Shown: in pieces, positions 48,857-58,800 of the stretch | Position numbering within the stretch: the first letter of the stretch is position 1 | Layout: every line of letters starts with the position of its first letter | Origin: an uncultured Candidatus Saccharibacteria bacterium | GTDB lineage: Bacteria; Patescibacteriota; Minisyncoccia; UBA6257; 2-01-FULL-56-20 | NCBI GenBank assembly: GCA_965231155.1 | Contig: OZ246418.1 | Span: 110,850 to 174,849 of the forward strand | Length of the DNA: 64,000 nucleotides | Direction of reading: 5' to 3' | Position numbers and translations under genes: made by a program | Notes under the pieces: generated by a model | The model's input: only the letters and a program-made list of their open reading frames with translations | Told to the model about the DNA's origin: nothing | Databases searched by the model: none

Positions 48857-50298
48857 TAAACGATTGGTTCAGGAGGTGGGGCGATATCAGCCGGTTTTCG
48901 GCCTTCAATAATAGCCTTCTCCTGGGCACTGCGAATGATTGTGGACTCCTCTTCCATAATAAGCTTTTTCGCATCATCCACTGGAATCGAGTACTTCTCA
49001 CGAGAACGTTTTACAATTTCTTCTTTAAAAGAACGATGAGGTGGAGGCATGATCTTTAAAGTTTCTGCAGAAAACGGATCATAGGTTTCTCCATCAATCG
49101 TCATCTTGATATAAAACTCTTTCATCCCAAGATTAATCATATCTTTGGTATCAAAGATTGGCGCCATTTCAGGCTTCAACTTCACTGCATCCTCACCACC
49201 AACTCGGAAGATGATGATACTGCCAACGTTTCCAAGCACGGCCGCCTGCACACGCGGAATCAGCTGGCTGACGTACTGGTGGGCAACCGTTAAACATAAT
49301 CCGTATTTTCGTGCTTCAGAAAGGATATTCTCGAATGTTTCTGTTACGAGGTTTTGAAACTCGTCGACATAGAGATAAAAATCGTGACGATCTTTTTCTG
49401 GCAAACCAGCGCGCGACATTCCGGCCTGTTTAATCTTCGTGATAAACATGGCACCAAAGAAACTAGAGTTCTCTTCGCCCAATTTTCCCTTGGCCACATT
49501 GATGAGAATAATTTTCTTCTCCTGCATTAGCTTCTCGAGATCAATCCTATTCCCCTTCTGTCCGAAGATATTCCGAAGCATTGGGTTAGAAAGGAACTGA
49601 CCAAGCTTGTTCACTAATGGAATAATAGCATCGGTATCAAACTTCTCGGACCAATCAGCAAACTCAATTGCCCAGAAACGCTTCACCATATCATCGTCGA
49701 TGTGCTCCACCACTTTCTGACGATAGTTGCGATCGGTGAGCATAGAAATCATACCCCGCATGGTGGCATGAGGATAATCAAGAAGTGCCAAACAGGTGAA
49801 CCGGAAAACGTGTTCAAGACGTGGCGTCCAGTTGGCACCGAACTGTTTTTGCATCACCTCAATTAATCCTTGTGTTAGCTGATGCTTAAAATCAGGATCA
49901 ACGTTCGCTAAAGGGTTGAAGGATACTGGATAGTTGAAATCAGAAGGATCAATCAAAACGACATCCTCAATTCTGTTCTCGGGAATAAAATTGAGCATCT
50001 CTTCGACGACGTCACCGTGAGGATCCATTAAGCAAAGCCCATGACCGTAGGCGATATCCTGACGAAGCATCAACTCAAGAAGTTTAGACTTACCCACACC
50101 GCTCTTCCCAATAATGTAGAGATGGCGACGGCGATCAACCCGCTTAAAACCAAAAATGAATCGCTTCTCCTCGAGGGCGGCCACATAGTTCGTGCGACCA
50201 ATAAACACAATATCCTCTGGCTTCCCCCGACCATAGATCGGGAGTTCTGAAGGAGGTGGAGCGTATTTAATTATCTGAATCTTCCCTTCGCGTGGCAT
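48856..50298 (-). CDS. soluble TrwB/VirD4/HerA-like P-loop ATPase (copy 1)
   Basis: RRRHLYIIGKSGVGKS, MDPHGD, LYVDEFQNL, SEARKY, AHQY, GNVGS; no TM segment. Confidence 0.9.
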   Translation of the reverse strand: MPREGKIQIIKYAPPPSELPIYGRGKPEDIVFIGRTNYVAALEEKRFIFGFKRVDRRRHLYIIGKSGVGKSKLLELMLRQDIAYGHGLCLMDPHGDVVEEMLNFIPENRIEDVVLIDPSDFNYPVSFNPLANVDPDFKHQLTQGLIEVMQKQFGANWTPRLEHVFRFTCLALLDYPHATMRGMISMLTDRNYRQKVVEHIDDDMVKRFWAIEFADWSEKFDTDAIIPLVNKLGQFLSNPMLRNIFGQKGNRIDLEKLMQEKKIILINVAKGKLGEENSSFFGAMFITKIKQAGMSRAGLPEKDRHDFYLYVDEFQNLVTETFENILSEARKYGLCLTVAHQYVSQLIPRVQAAVLGNVGSIIIFRVGGEDAVKLKPEMAPIFDTKDMINLGMKEFYIKMTIDGETYDPFSAETLKIMPPPHRSFKEEIVKRSREKYSIPVDDAKKLIMEEESTIIRSAQEKAIIEGRKPADIAPPPEPIV

Positions 50299-50305
50299 AT
50301 CCCAA

Positions 50306-50803
50306 TTATAAGGCTTTTAGCTCTTTTAGGAATGCTTCAAATGCATCAAGTGCTTTCTCTGCCTCGTCAGGACCCACTTTGAAATCCGGCGAATGTACTA
50401 AGTTATTACGAAGACGGTGAGCACGCCACACCCCTTCTAAACTCTTCACCTCGTCCGAAGATAGTTGTCCGAGACGATCCGACATGTGTTCTCCTTCAAA
50501 ACCCATCTGCTTCAGGGTGTCATCAACAACCTTATCAGCCTCGATAACCGATAGAGTAATAGCTTCGTGAGTTCCCAACATAAATTTCTTGACCACTTTT
50601 TCCCAACGCTCCTGCATTATCTTTTCTGAAAGATTAATAGTTCTCTTTTTTGGCTCATTATCGGGATGAAGATTTGGACGATAGTGCCAGAACTTATGAA
50701 TGGCATAGGCGATCACGGCAATCAAAATAATGTCAAAAATAATAAAGAACCACTTCAAAAAATTGAAGTATCGTATCCAGAAATCAGGTTGCGAGAAAAA
50801 CAT
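50306..50803 (-). CDS. hypothetical single-TM protein in the ATPase operon
   Basis: N-terminal TM; VIEADK..DD.L..GE.M..RL..VWRAHRLRNNLVH (RxxxxH, HEPN-like). Confidence 0.75.
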   Translation of the reverse strand: MFFSQPDFWIRYFNFLKWFFIIFDIILIAVIAYAIHKFWHYRPNLHPDNEPKKRTINLSEKIMQERWEKVVKKFMLGTHEAITLSVIEADKVVDDTLKQMGFEGEHMSDRLGQLSSDEVKSLEGVWRAHRLRNNLVHSPDFKVGPDEAEKALDAFEAFLKELKAL

Positions 50804-50819
50804 AGTAGTAGACGTGAAA

Positions 50820-52166
50820 TTATTGGAATTTCTCTAAATCTTCTTCATTTCCGAAAATTGCTAGACCAGACGGTGGACCGGCCTTGCGGTTCTCAGAACG
50901 CTTCACATGAGGTGCAGTCAGCACCACGGCTGTTGGTGGATGGAAAAGAGTAGCCAGACACTGAGTGGTCATCAAAAACTTCTTTGATTTAAAGTTCCAG
51001 TCAAAAAAGTATGAAGTGAGAAGTTTCCCCATGAACGTTTCTGGAGACATCTCGCGTTCACGATAGTTATAGAGCATGCGTTGTTTCTTATACTCGTTAC
51101 GCCAGTGTGGAAAAATATACGGCGGATTCCAAATTTGAGTACGCGTACCGGCAGCGTGATTCTGCTTGAAATAATTAAGGTCACTCACTGCATACTGGTT
51201 AAACGCACCAGCCAGACCACGACGTGGGAAACTATCGTAGTAAAGAGCTTTTGGTGAAAGATAGACGAATCGGATCATCGTCTCGAAGGCTCGCTTCGAA
51301 AGATTGCCCTCAACTGCTTTCAATACATCCGTCTCCCCAGGAGTCCTCACCACGAAGGTACTCTTAAACTCTTCCTTCTGGCCAGTCACCTTACTCGTAA
51401 ATTTTGGCAACGGACCACCAGGGAAACTGACTGTGGTAACCACTTTATCTTTTTTCTTGTGTTCAGTCTTCCCATCTTTAATTTTCTTAATAAGCCCTTC
51501 AAACTCCTCGTGCCATTCGTCCTCAGCGGGAGCAATCAGAATCTGAATCCCCACCAGCTCCTCCTTCTTCACCTTACTCAAGACTTCTATGAAGGTTGAG
51601 ATGGGATCGAACTGTTTGTCCTCGTCAGGTGACTCAAACTCTTTATATGTCTTAATCGGATAGGCTGCTGGTCGTGCAGTGAGCATCTCTGTCCCCCACA
51701 AGTCGTATCCTTGGCGATAACACTCCTGCATATTCGTTGGAAAACGAGTGATGTAATCAGGAACCTCAACCAACTCTATATCGGAATAGTAAGAAAAGAA
51801 GGCAGCCTCCACTAATGGACGTTGCTTGCTATAAAACCGAATATAAAAATGGATCTCCCCACCAAAACTGACCATCTCTAATGCAAACCAACGAGTCACC
51901 TCGCCGTCCTTATACCATTCACCAAAATTTCCGGCAGAGTTCCTCAGGGCATGCAAGGCCATTAAAACCTGCTCCATGGCCTGAGGGCTCGTATTCACTT
52001 CTCGAGGAATGAATATCTCGAGCATCGCCCACTGCGTGTGATGCTCAAAATCCTTCTGTCGCCAGGCAAGCCAGGAGGACTCGAGGAGAGGTAGCAACGC
52101 AAGAAAAAGCCAAAACCACCAGACTGAAAAAACAAAATGGATAATATTCCAGGAAAGTTCGAGCAT
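50820..52166 (-). CDS. membrane-anchored hypothetical protein, probable partner of the TrwB-like ATPase
   Basis: N-terminal TM; EIFIPREV..SPQAMEQV, YPIKTY..F, DPIS and LATLFHPP motifs; first gene of a tight 3-gene run with the ATPase. Confidence 0.75.
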   Translation of the reverse strand: MLELSWNIIHFVFSVWWFWLFLALLPLLESSWLAWRQKDFEHHTQWAMLEIFIPREVNTSPQAMEQVLMALHALRNSAGNFGEWYKDGEVTRWFALEMVSFGGEIHFYIRFYSKQRPLVEAAFFSYYSDIELVEVPDYITRFPTNMQECYRQGYDLWGTEMLTARPAAYPIKTYKEFESPDEDKQFDPISTFIEVLSKVKKEELVGIQILIAPAEDEWHEEFEGLIKKIKDGKTEHKKKDKVVTTVSFPGGPLPKFTSKVTGQKEEFKSTFVVRTPGETDVLKAVEGNLSKRAFETMIRFVYLSPKALYYDSFPRRGLAGAFNQYAVSDLNYFKQNHAAGTRTQIWNPPYIFPHWRNEYKKQRMLYNYREREMSPETFMGKLLTSYFFDWNFKSKKFLMTTQCLATLFHPPTAVVLTAPHVKRSENRKAGPPSGLAIFGNEEDLEKFQ

Positions 52167-52239
52167 ACTCTATAAGTGTAGCCTACTTTTACGGATTATC
52201 GAAGATAATCCAAATTTTCAAAGTGATCGGAGAAGACCC

Positions 52240-53268
52240 CTAGGCCTCGCGAACCTGATACAAACCATCTGGCCGACGAGAAAAGTTCTTCTTGTTCTGC
52301 AAGTTGGCCACAACAGTGTTCGGCTTAAAGAATCGTTCTTTCTGCACGGCCAGAACAATATCCTCACTCGAAAGAGGTCCCTTTTTCTTTAAGATTCTCG
52401 TAATAACATCGCGGGCAGTGCCTGGCTGATAGCCATGTTCTTCCAAAGCATACATTCCTCGACCAACCAAAATAAACCGCTGATCTTTGATTAGTTCATT
52501 GTGAACCGTTGGTACTAAGGCCATCTTTTTGCCCAAACCAACGTCATTAATAGAAGTCGCGATAATCCGAAAATGCATCGGCTTCTGCTCTTTCTTGAGG
52601 ATAAGATAGATACGATCGCGAATCGTCTGAGGACGAATCTCTGGCCACTCGGCCAAGCCAAAATCACCGAACGCATTCACATGAAAGAGTTTAGAGGTTG
52701 CCACACAGTGATCGGCAAATTCTTTAGTAATCTTCTCGGTGCGAATAAATGATTCGAACACCTCACGACTCTGGCCAGCAGAAACCCGATCCTGCTTACT
52801 CTTCATATATTTTACTAATCGAAGAATTGTCTGATCGGCTTTCTTCATAGCTTTTTCATCCGCATAAAAGAAAGCATAGTGCTCTTCATTCTCTGGGAAA
52901 AAGTTAAACCGCCCAGAAACTCTGGCCAGAAAAATAAGATGCGGAGCAGTAATTCCTGCATAGCTTGCAGTACAAGACTGCACGAACTCTGCCTCCCGTA
53001 CCACGCCACCCATTTGCTTTAGTTTTTCAGCGGTAGCCGAAACAAAGCTTCCCAGGGTTTTATCTTTCAAAAAATCAGTCCGAAGGGCTGCAATACTCCC
53101 CGCTTCAATCTGGCGGACACGCTCTCGGGTGATACTAAAAGCCTCACCAATCATGGCTAGGGTCTGGGGCTCCTTCCCCTCTAGTCCGAATCGATTCACA
53201 ATAACCGCTCGTTGGCGGTCAGTCAGATGGCTTAATAAGCTAGAAATGGCGGATGGAATTCCGTTCAT
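52240..53268 (-). CDS. sigma70 region-4 HTH fused to C-terminal HARE-HTH (RpoE/delta-like) domain(s)
   Basis: RFGL..PQTLAMIG..FSITRERVRQIE; IRDRIYLIL..PMHF..I..TVHNELIKD.RFILVGRGMYAL. Confidence 0.85.
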   Translation of the reverse strand: MNGIPSAISSLLSHLTDRQRAVIVNRFGLEGKEPQTLAMIGEAFSITRERVRQIEAGSIAALRTDFLKDKTLGSFVSATAEKLKQMGGVVREAEFVQSCTASYAGITAPHLIFLARVSGRFNFFPENEEHYAFFYADEKAMKKADQTILRLVKYMKSKQDRVSAGQSREVFESFIRTEKITKEFADHCVATSKLFHVNAFGDFGLAEWPEIRPQTIRDRIYLILKKEQKPMHFRIIATSINDVGLGKKMALVPTVHNELIKDQRFILVGRGMYALEEHGYQPGTARDVITRILKKKGPLSSEDIVLAVQKERFFKPNTVVANLQNKKNFSRRPDGLYQVREA

Positions 53269-53339
53269 TGGTTTATTTTCTATTTATAACCTATGTTGCT
53301 ATTTAAGTCAACAGATGGTCGAAAATTGCCGAGGAGCGA

Positions 53340-54254
53340 TTATCGCTGGCTAAACCGTTGCCAGATCAAAAGAAGTGGGCTGGCTACGAAAATAGAGGAG
53401 TAGGTACCCAAGGTAGTACCCAGGAGTAAGGTGGCAATAAAGTAGTGCAAAGTGCTTGGTCCCAAGAAAAGCAGGGCGATCAATACGAGAATCAAAGTAA
53501 ACGAAGTACCCACCGAACGGACCATCGTCTGATTGATACTATCATTAATAACCTCAGCAAAATTATCCTTGCCACGATGCAAAATCAGGTTCTCTCGAAT
53601 ACGATCAAAAACAACGATGGTGTCGTGGACGGAGAAACCAGCAATCACAAGAAGTGCCACAACGAAATTTGAGTCGATTTCAATCCCCTGAGTCTTTCCT
53701 AAGATACTCAGAAAACCAGCCGGCACAATAACATCATGGAAGAGCGTCACAAGTGTCACAATACCGTATTTCCAGGAACTAATTGGTCGAGAAACTTTTC
53801 GGAAGGCAAAGGCAATGTAAATAGAAATCCCTAAAAGAACGAAGATAACAGCCATGATAGCGTTCTTTCTCAGCTCAGCACCAACCGAAGGACCAATCGA
53901 CTGAAAACTCAGTTCGGTAAAACCAGGCAAGCTAGATTTCAGAATTGAAGCTCCACGATCGTGAATGGTCTGATCAACAACCGGAAGCTTAGCGAGAATA
54001 CTTCTGTCCGAACCAACATAAGTAAGATGGACATCACTTATCTTCAGGCTGTCTCGAAAAACTGTCTCAATCTTTGCGAGATCGGCGGAGTTATCTACTC
54101 TAAAACGCCACAAGGAACCACCGGTAAAATCAATTCCCTCTTTAAACTGGAACACACCAATAGCAATCAACGCGGTAAGCGTAAGAACACCGGAAATACC
54201 CAAAAAGATCCAGCGGTTTTTTATAATTTGTAGATTAAGAGTTTTCTCTAACAT
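53340..54254 (-). CDS. secF: protein translocase subunit SecF
   Basis: GIDFTGG, IGPSVGAEL, LFHDV, GFSVHDTIVVFDRIRENL, GTYSSIFVASP (track start 54278). Confidence 0.96.
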   Translation of the reverse strand: MLEKTLNLQIIKNRWIFLGISGVLTLTALIAIGVFQFKEGIDFTGGSLWRFRVDNSADLAKIETVFRDSLKISDVHLTYVGSDRSILAKLPVVDQTIHDRGASILKSSLPGFTELSFQSIGPSVGAELRKNAIMAVIFVLLGISIYIAFAFRKVSRPISSWKYGIVTLVTLFHDVIVPAGFLSILGKTQGIEIDSNFVVALLVIAGFSVHDTIVVFDRIRENLILHRGKDNFAEVINDSINQTMVRSVGTSFTLILVLIALLFLGPSTLHYFIATLLLGTTLGTYSSIFVASPLLLIWQRFSQR

Positions 54255-54258
54255 GGAT

Positions 54259-55509
54259 TTATTTTTTATTGCGACCAAGTACTTTAAGGAAAGCCCAGGT
54301 GACCAAAAGTGCGCTGAACATGCTAATCAGGACTCCTAATAGAAGGGTGAGGGCAAAACCACGGATAAATCCGGTAGTGAAAATATATAGGATAACAGCA
54401 GTGAGACTGGTACTAATATTGGAATCTCGGATAGAAGGCCAGGCCCGACGAAAACCTTCATCAATAGCCGCCTGCTTAGAAAGTCCTTTTCTCAACTCCT
54501 CTTTCATTCGCTCAAAGATAAGGATGTTTGCATCAACTGCCATACCAATCGTGAGAATGAAACCAGCGAGTCCCGCGAGAGTGAGAGTTACTGGGATAAG
54601 CTTAAAGACGGCTAAGGTGACTGGCACGTATACAAGCAGTGCGAGAGAGGCAATCATACCAACCCAACCATAGAAGATGATCATAAAGGCCATTACGACA
54701 AGCGTTCCGGTGGCACCAGCAACAATAGCTCGGCGAAGAAGGTCGGCACCCAAAGTGGCACTCACCGTATCTTGATTGATAAGACTGATTGGTGCTGGTA
54801 AGGCTCCGGCATTGAAACGACCAACGATCTCCTTTGCTCGTTGCGTGGTGAAGTGACCGGTAATCCGAGCCTGCCCCCCGCTAATCTCATCCTGCACTCG
54901 TGGACAACTATCCTGAGCGCTATCCGGAATAATTAACTGATTGTCGATGAACACACAAATTGGCTTTCCAATGTTCTTCTTGGTGAGCTCCTGAAATATC
55001 TGCGCCCCCTGCTCATTCAAAGTGAAGTTAATTTCTGGGGACTGTGTCGTTGAATCGAAGCTCAACTGGGCGCTAGTAATGTACTGTCCAGTAAGAGAAG
55101 TTTGAATGAACTGAGTACTCGAACCAGCCTCCTGAACTTCTCGGAAGTCGAGACTTGGTGTTGCACCAATGAGCTGAATCGCTTGACCAACATCCTTAAT
55201 GCCTGCCAACTCAACCACCAACTCAGACCGATCGCCTGTCTGAGCAACATACACCTGAGGCTCACTCACGCCAAAAAGATTAACTCGCTTTTCAATAACA
55301 TCGCGTAAGCCGTTTAAAACCGTGGTTTTGTCAGCATCTCCCACTTTGGACAGGTCGACGTTATAAACTAAGTGACTACCACCAACTAAATCAAGACCAA
55401 GATGCCAAGGGCGATAGGTATTGGCAATACTTCCTGGATAAACGAACACTATCGACAAGGCCGTTACTACAATAACCAAACCGAGAATGAATTTTGGATC
55501 GCGTCGCAT
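54259..55509 (-). CDS. secD: protein translocase subunit SecD
   Basis: LGLDLVGG, RVNLFGVSEP, AGALP, IGMAVDANILIFER, IRDSN, GFALTL. Confidence 0.96.
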   Translation of the reverse strand: MRRDPKFILGLVIVVTALSIVFVYPGSIANTYRPWHLGLDLVGGSHLVYNVDLSKVGDADKTTVLNGLRDVIEKRVNLFGVSEPQVYVAQTGDRSELVVELAGIKDVGQAIQLIGATPSLDFREVQEAGSSTQFIQTSLTGQYITSAQLSFDSTTQSPEINFTLNEQGAQIFQELTKKNIGKPICVFIDNQLIIPDSAQDSCPRVQDEISGGQARITGHFTTQRAKEIVGRFNAGALPAPISLINQDTVSATLGADLLRRAIVAGATGTLVVMAFMIIFYGWVGMIASLALLVYVPVTLAVFKLIPVTLTLAGLAGFILTIGMAVDANILIFERMKEELRKGLSKQAAIDEGFRRAWPSIRDSNISTSLTAVILYIFTTGFIRGFALTLLLGVLISMFSALLVTWAFLKVLGRNKK

Positions 55510-55528
55510 GTTAGTAAGAATGAAGACT

Positions 55529-55557
55529 AGTCTACCAGGAAGAGACTATATTGGCAA
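55529..55557 (-). promoter_or_regulatory. secDF promoter
   Basis: TTGCCA-17 nt-TAGACT with TG extension. Confidence 0.6.
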
Positions 55558-55570
55558 GAAATAGTGGCTT

Positions 55571-55664
55571 GGATTTCCCTTGCTAGACCACGGATAGAAT
55601 TCTGACTGAGTTCTTCCTATACTCCTGCCGCCGCAGTCCGCAGTGATCTAGGAGAGGGAAATCC
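55571..55664 (-). ncRNA. candidate structured non-coding RNA (unassigned family)
   Basis: Perfect 10-bp terminal stem GGATTTCCCT/AGGGAAATCC, 9-bp CTAGATCAC/GTGGTCTAG (a G-U pair favours the minus strand) and inner helices; intergenic. Confidence 0.4.
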
Positions 55665-55747
55665 TCGACTGGAGTTACTAAAGGAATATCCAAAAGCTTG
55701 CCTATCAGCAGGTAGGCCTCGCAATAATATACAAACTCCGAGTGTAA

Positions 55748-55780
55748 TAAAAAAGACTTCATTTCTTTGAAGTCTTTTTA
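55748..55780. terminator. bidirectional intrinsic terminator
   Basis: AAAAAGACTTCA-TTTCTT-TGAAGTCTTTTT. Confidence 0.8.
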
Positions 55781-55803
55781 TATCAGTCAACTGCTTTTAG
55801 AAA

Positions 55804-58800
55804 CTACCGACCAAGCGTTGCTTGGATCTGGAGGATCCAACTCTGAAGACCATCTAGAATACTGGCCATCTGCTGAGGGCTGGCGTTACTGGCCTGAGTA
55901 CTGGAGCTGGTGGTGGAAGTTGTTGGTCCGGCTACACACTGTGATCCGCCCACACGGTTCTGGGTGGCGATCGTGATATCGGCAGTCGTGATACGGCCAT
56001 CACCAGTACCATCGCCAATTTTTAGTTCATCGGCGGTTGGCGTGGAACCGGCATTGATGTTAGCCATTCTACTCAGTTCAGTGAGTGAGATGCTGCCGTC
56101 GCGATCAAAGTCGCCGACTTTCACTGCACCTGGCATGGTACAGGAGATAAGAATGGTTGAGGTAGGAGTGCTTTCTCCGGCCACCGTAATTACGGTAGTT
56201 TTACGATCAGATGCATCCAGTCGATAGGTATTGGCATAGAATTCAACGTTATTACTCGAACCTGCCTGACTGGCAGTGGGAGTCCAGAGAAATACGTATG
56301 TATTAGGCAGGACATTCAAAGGAGGAGTAAGCAAGGCATGCAGAATAATATCAGAATCTGCCTTCTCAATCGCGCCATTACCATCGACATCAGCCAAAAT
56401 TCTTTGCTCACTATCTGCCTGATATGTTCCTAGCGAGGTTCGCAAAATGATTACCGAATCTGTCTGAGTAATTGCGCCATCACGATTCACATCACCCTTC
56501 CTCAAGAAACGTGATCCCAATGGGAGATTACTTGCTTGAACGATAATCGGTACTGAAGTAAGTGTCGCCACTGGAGTCACATTTACTACGAAAGAAACCA
56601 ATTTCCCTGGAGCGGCTCCCGCGACTTCCGGCGCGTTGATGATAATCGGTGAAGAAACGAAAGGAGAGAAAACAACGGTTACTGGATTAGAAGTCGTGCT
56701 TCCGCCTGGACCAGTACAAGAGATCGTATAGATACTTGTTTGAGTAAGAGAAACCGGCATGCTTCCCGAAGTAGCAAGATTTGTTTTTTCGTACGCACAC
56801 GAGTTGGCATTTGTAGAGTTCCAAGAGAGCACAACAGTTCCTGGTTTGCCGTCTGAGACAATTGAAGTCGGATTCGCAGAAAGGGTAACTGTTGGCGGAG
56901 TCGTCTGGCTCAGCCCTACTACACTCACGCTTTTAATGATTGGTCGACCGGCGTACGAATAGAAGCCGATCTTCCCACTTGAAAACTGCGTATCGGAAAC
57001 CTTCATCTGCCAGTCTGGTTCTGTTCCTCCAGCCGGGTAAGCTTTTCCATAGATCATGTTCCCTTGGAAACGAAGTTTCAAAATGTAGTCGGTATTGGGA
57101 CTGATCGGCACCTGTGGCCATCCATCTACATCCATGTAGTTCACATCCTGATCGGCATTTTTGAAGATCGAGAGTGTGGCCGTATTACTACCACCCCAGG
57201 CAGTAGTGAGACAGTAACCTCTTCCATTGTCGTCCATGCGTCCACAAAGCCCGATCTCACTGCCGCTTCGGAAACGCACTACTGCTTGTACGTCATAATC
57301 AGACATTGCCGCCATACTCCGAGCCACTATCTTGTAATGTAGACTGCTAGCCGTTTCCTGTTTCATTCCCTCCTGATCGACGATCCAGTTGCCATAGCCA
57401 TTGGCGTAGTTACTTCCGAAGGTGACATAGAGCGGCGTCCAGTTATATCCTCCAAAACTCAGAGTCGTGGGAGTTGAGGTTGAGTTATTGTCACCACTAA
57501 AAATCTTAAAAAATGAATCACTTTGATCACAGTATATGCGCTCTCTTCCTGTAGCTACCGTACAAATACTCACCTGATATACTCCATCAGGAATTGCACC
57601 GCCAGATATGGTACTTCTACCTACTTCCCAGTTATAAACCTGTTTATCCTGAGCCTGTGGCAAAACATTGGCAGCAATCTGGTATGGGGCGAGCATAACC
57701 GTCGGCAGTGCGCAGGGTGGGTTAGTGTAAGAACACTGCGGTGGTGTGCTGTATGGCTGGAGATAGATATTTACTGGTTTACTCAGATTCTGAGTCCACG
57801 TAATAACATCTGAAGCGCCACGCTGGAGTGACTCTCCGCCGTTTGGATAACGAACAGTAAGGGAAAGTTGGGGGGTGGTACTACACTGGAATGTTGCATA
57901 TTCGTTCGTACCATCCATCGTAGTATAAGCGTACTCGCCACAGGAACTCTTCCAGGTGATGGCATCGCCCCTATTGCCCGTCACGTTAACCACACAAGCA
58001 TCCTGCCCCGGCTGACTACTACACCCCAGTTCATGATATGGGCTTGTCTGATCGGTAGCGGTATAACACCTTTGCTCAGTGTTCGATCCGTTAAACACAC
58101 ACTTAACCTGCTCAGAAACTTTCACTGGTTCGGGATCTGAAACCGTCGAAACAACCATAGTTGCCTGCTGACCACCGACGCTCGTCATAGAGATCTCCAT
58201 ACCAAATATCTGCCTTTTGTCTCCTGCCTTCATGCTAAATGATTCTGCCTTATTAAGTTGTTGGTCGCTAACTGAGAGAACCGCATACGCTGGAGGCTGT
58301 GGGCAAGGAGCCTGAATACAATAGATAGCCGCCTGAGTAATGCTATCTAAAGAAATCTCCACATTCTTATAATCGGTGACTACCGCTTCCTGTCTAATTT
58401 TCAAAGTAAATGGAACGTTCAGACGAGCTTTGATGGAATTATCAGACGGAGGGAGAATCTCACAACCGTACAGACTATTTAGCTTACCTCGGGTCAAAGG
58501 GCCAACGTAACCAGTCTGACGAATCCCATACTTGGCTTGGAACTGAACTACTGCTGCAGCAGTATTTTCGCTAAAAATCGAACTAAAGTTACTGCTGTGC
58601 TCGACATTATACCCCTCTCTCGCGAGTGCATTCTCGAGAGCGGATACCTCCTCACCAACGGCACCCACGGTTAGATCTGCGTTAAAGGTATGACACCATC
58701 TCCCTTCTCCTCCGCCTTGTTGCTGCGCCAGCTGAGCCTGAAGCTGCTGGATCTGGGCCATCAGCGACGCAATCTGCGCCTGCAAGTCAGACGTACTCTG

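Noticed and set aside
34447-50298. Integrated conjugative element or plasmid
   Set aside because: No relaxase, integrase, att repeats or VirB genes; the ATPases are embedded among housekeeping genes (secDF, trmD).
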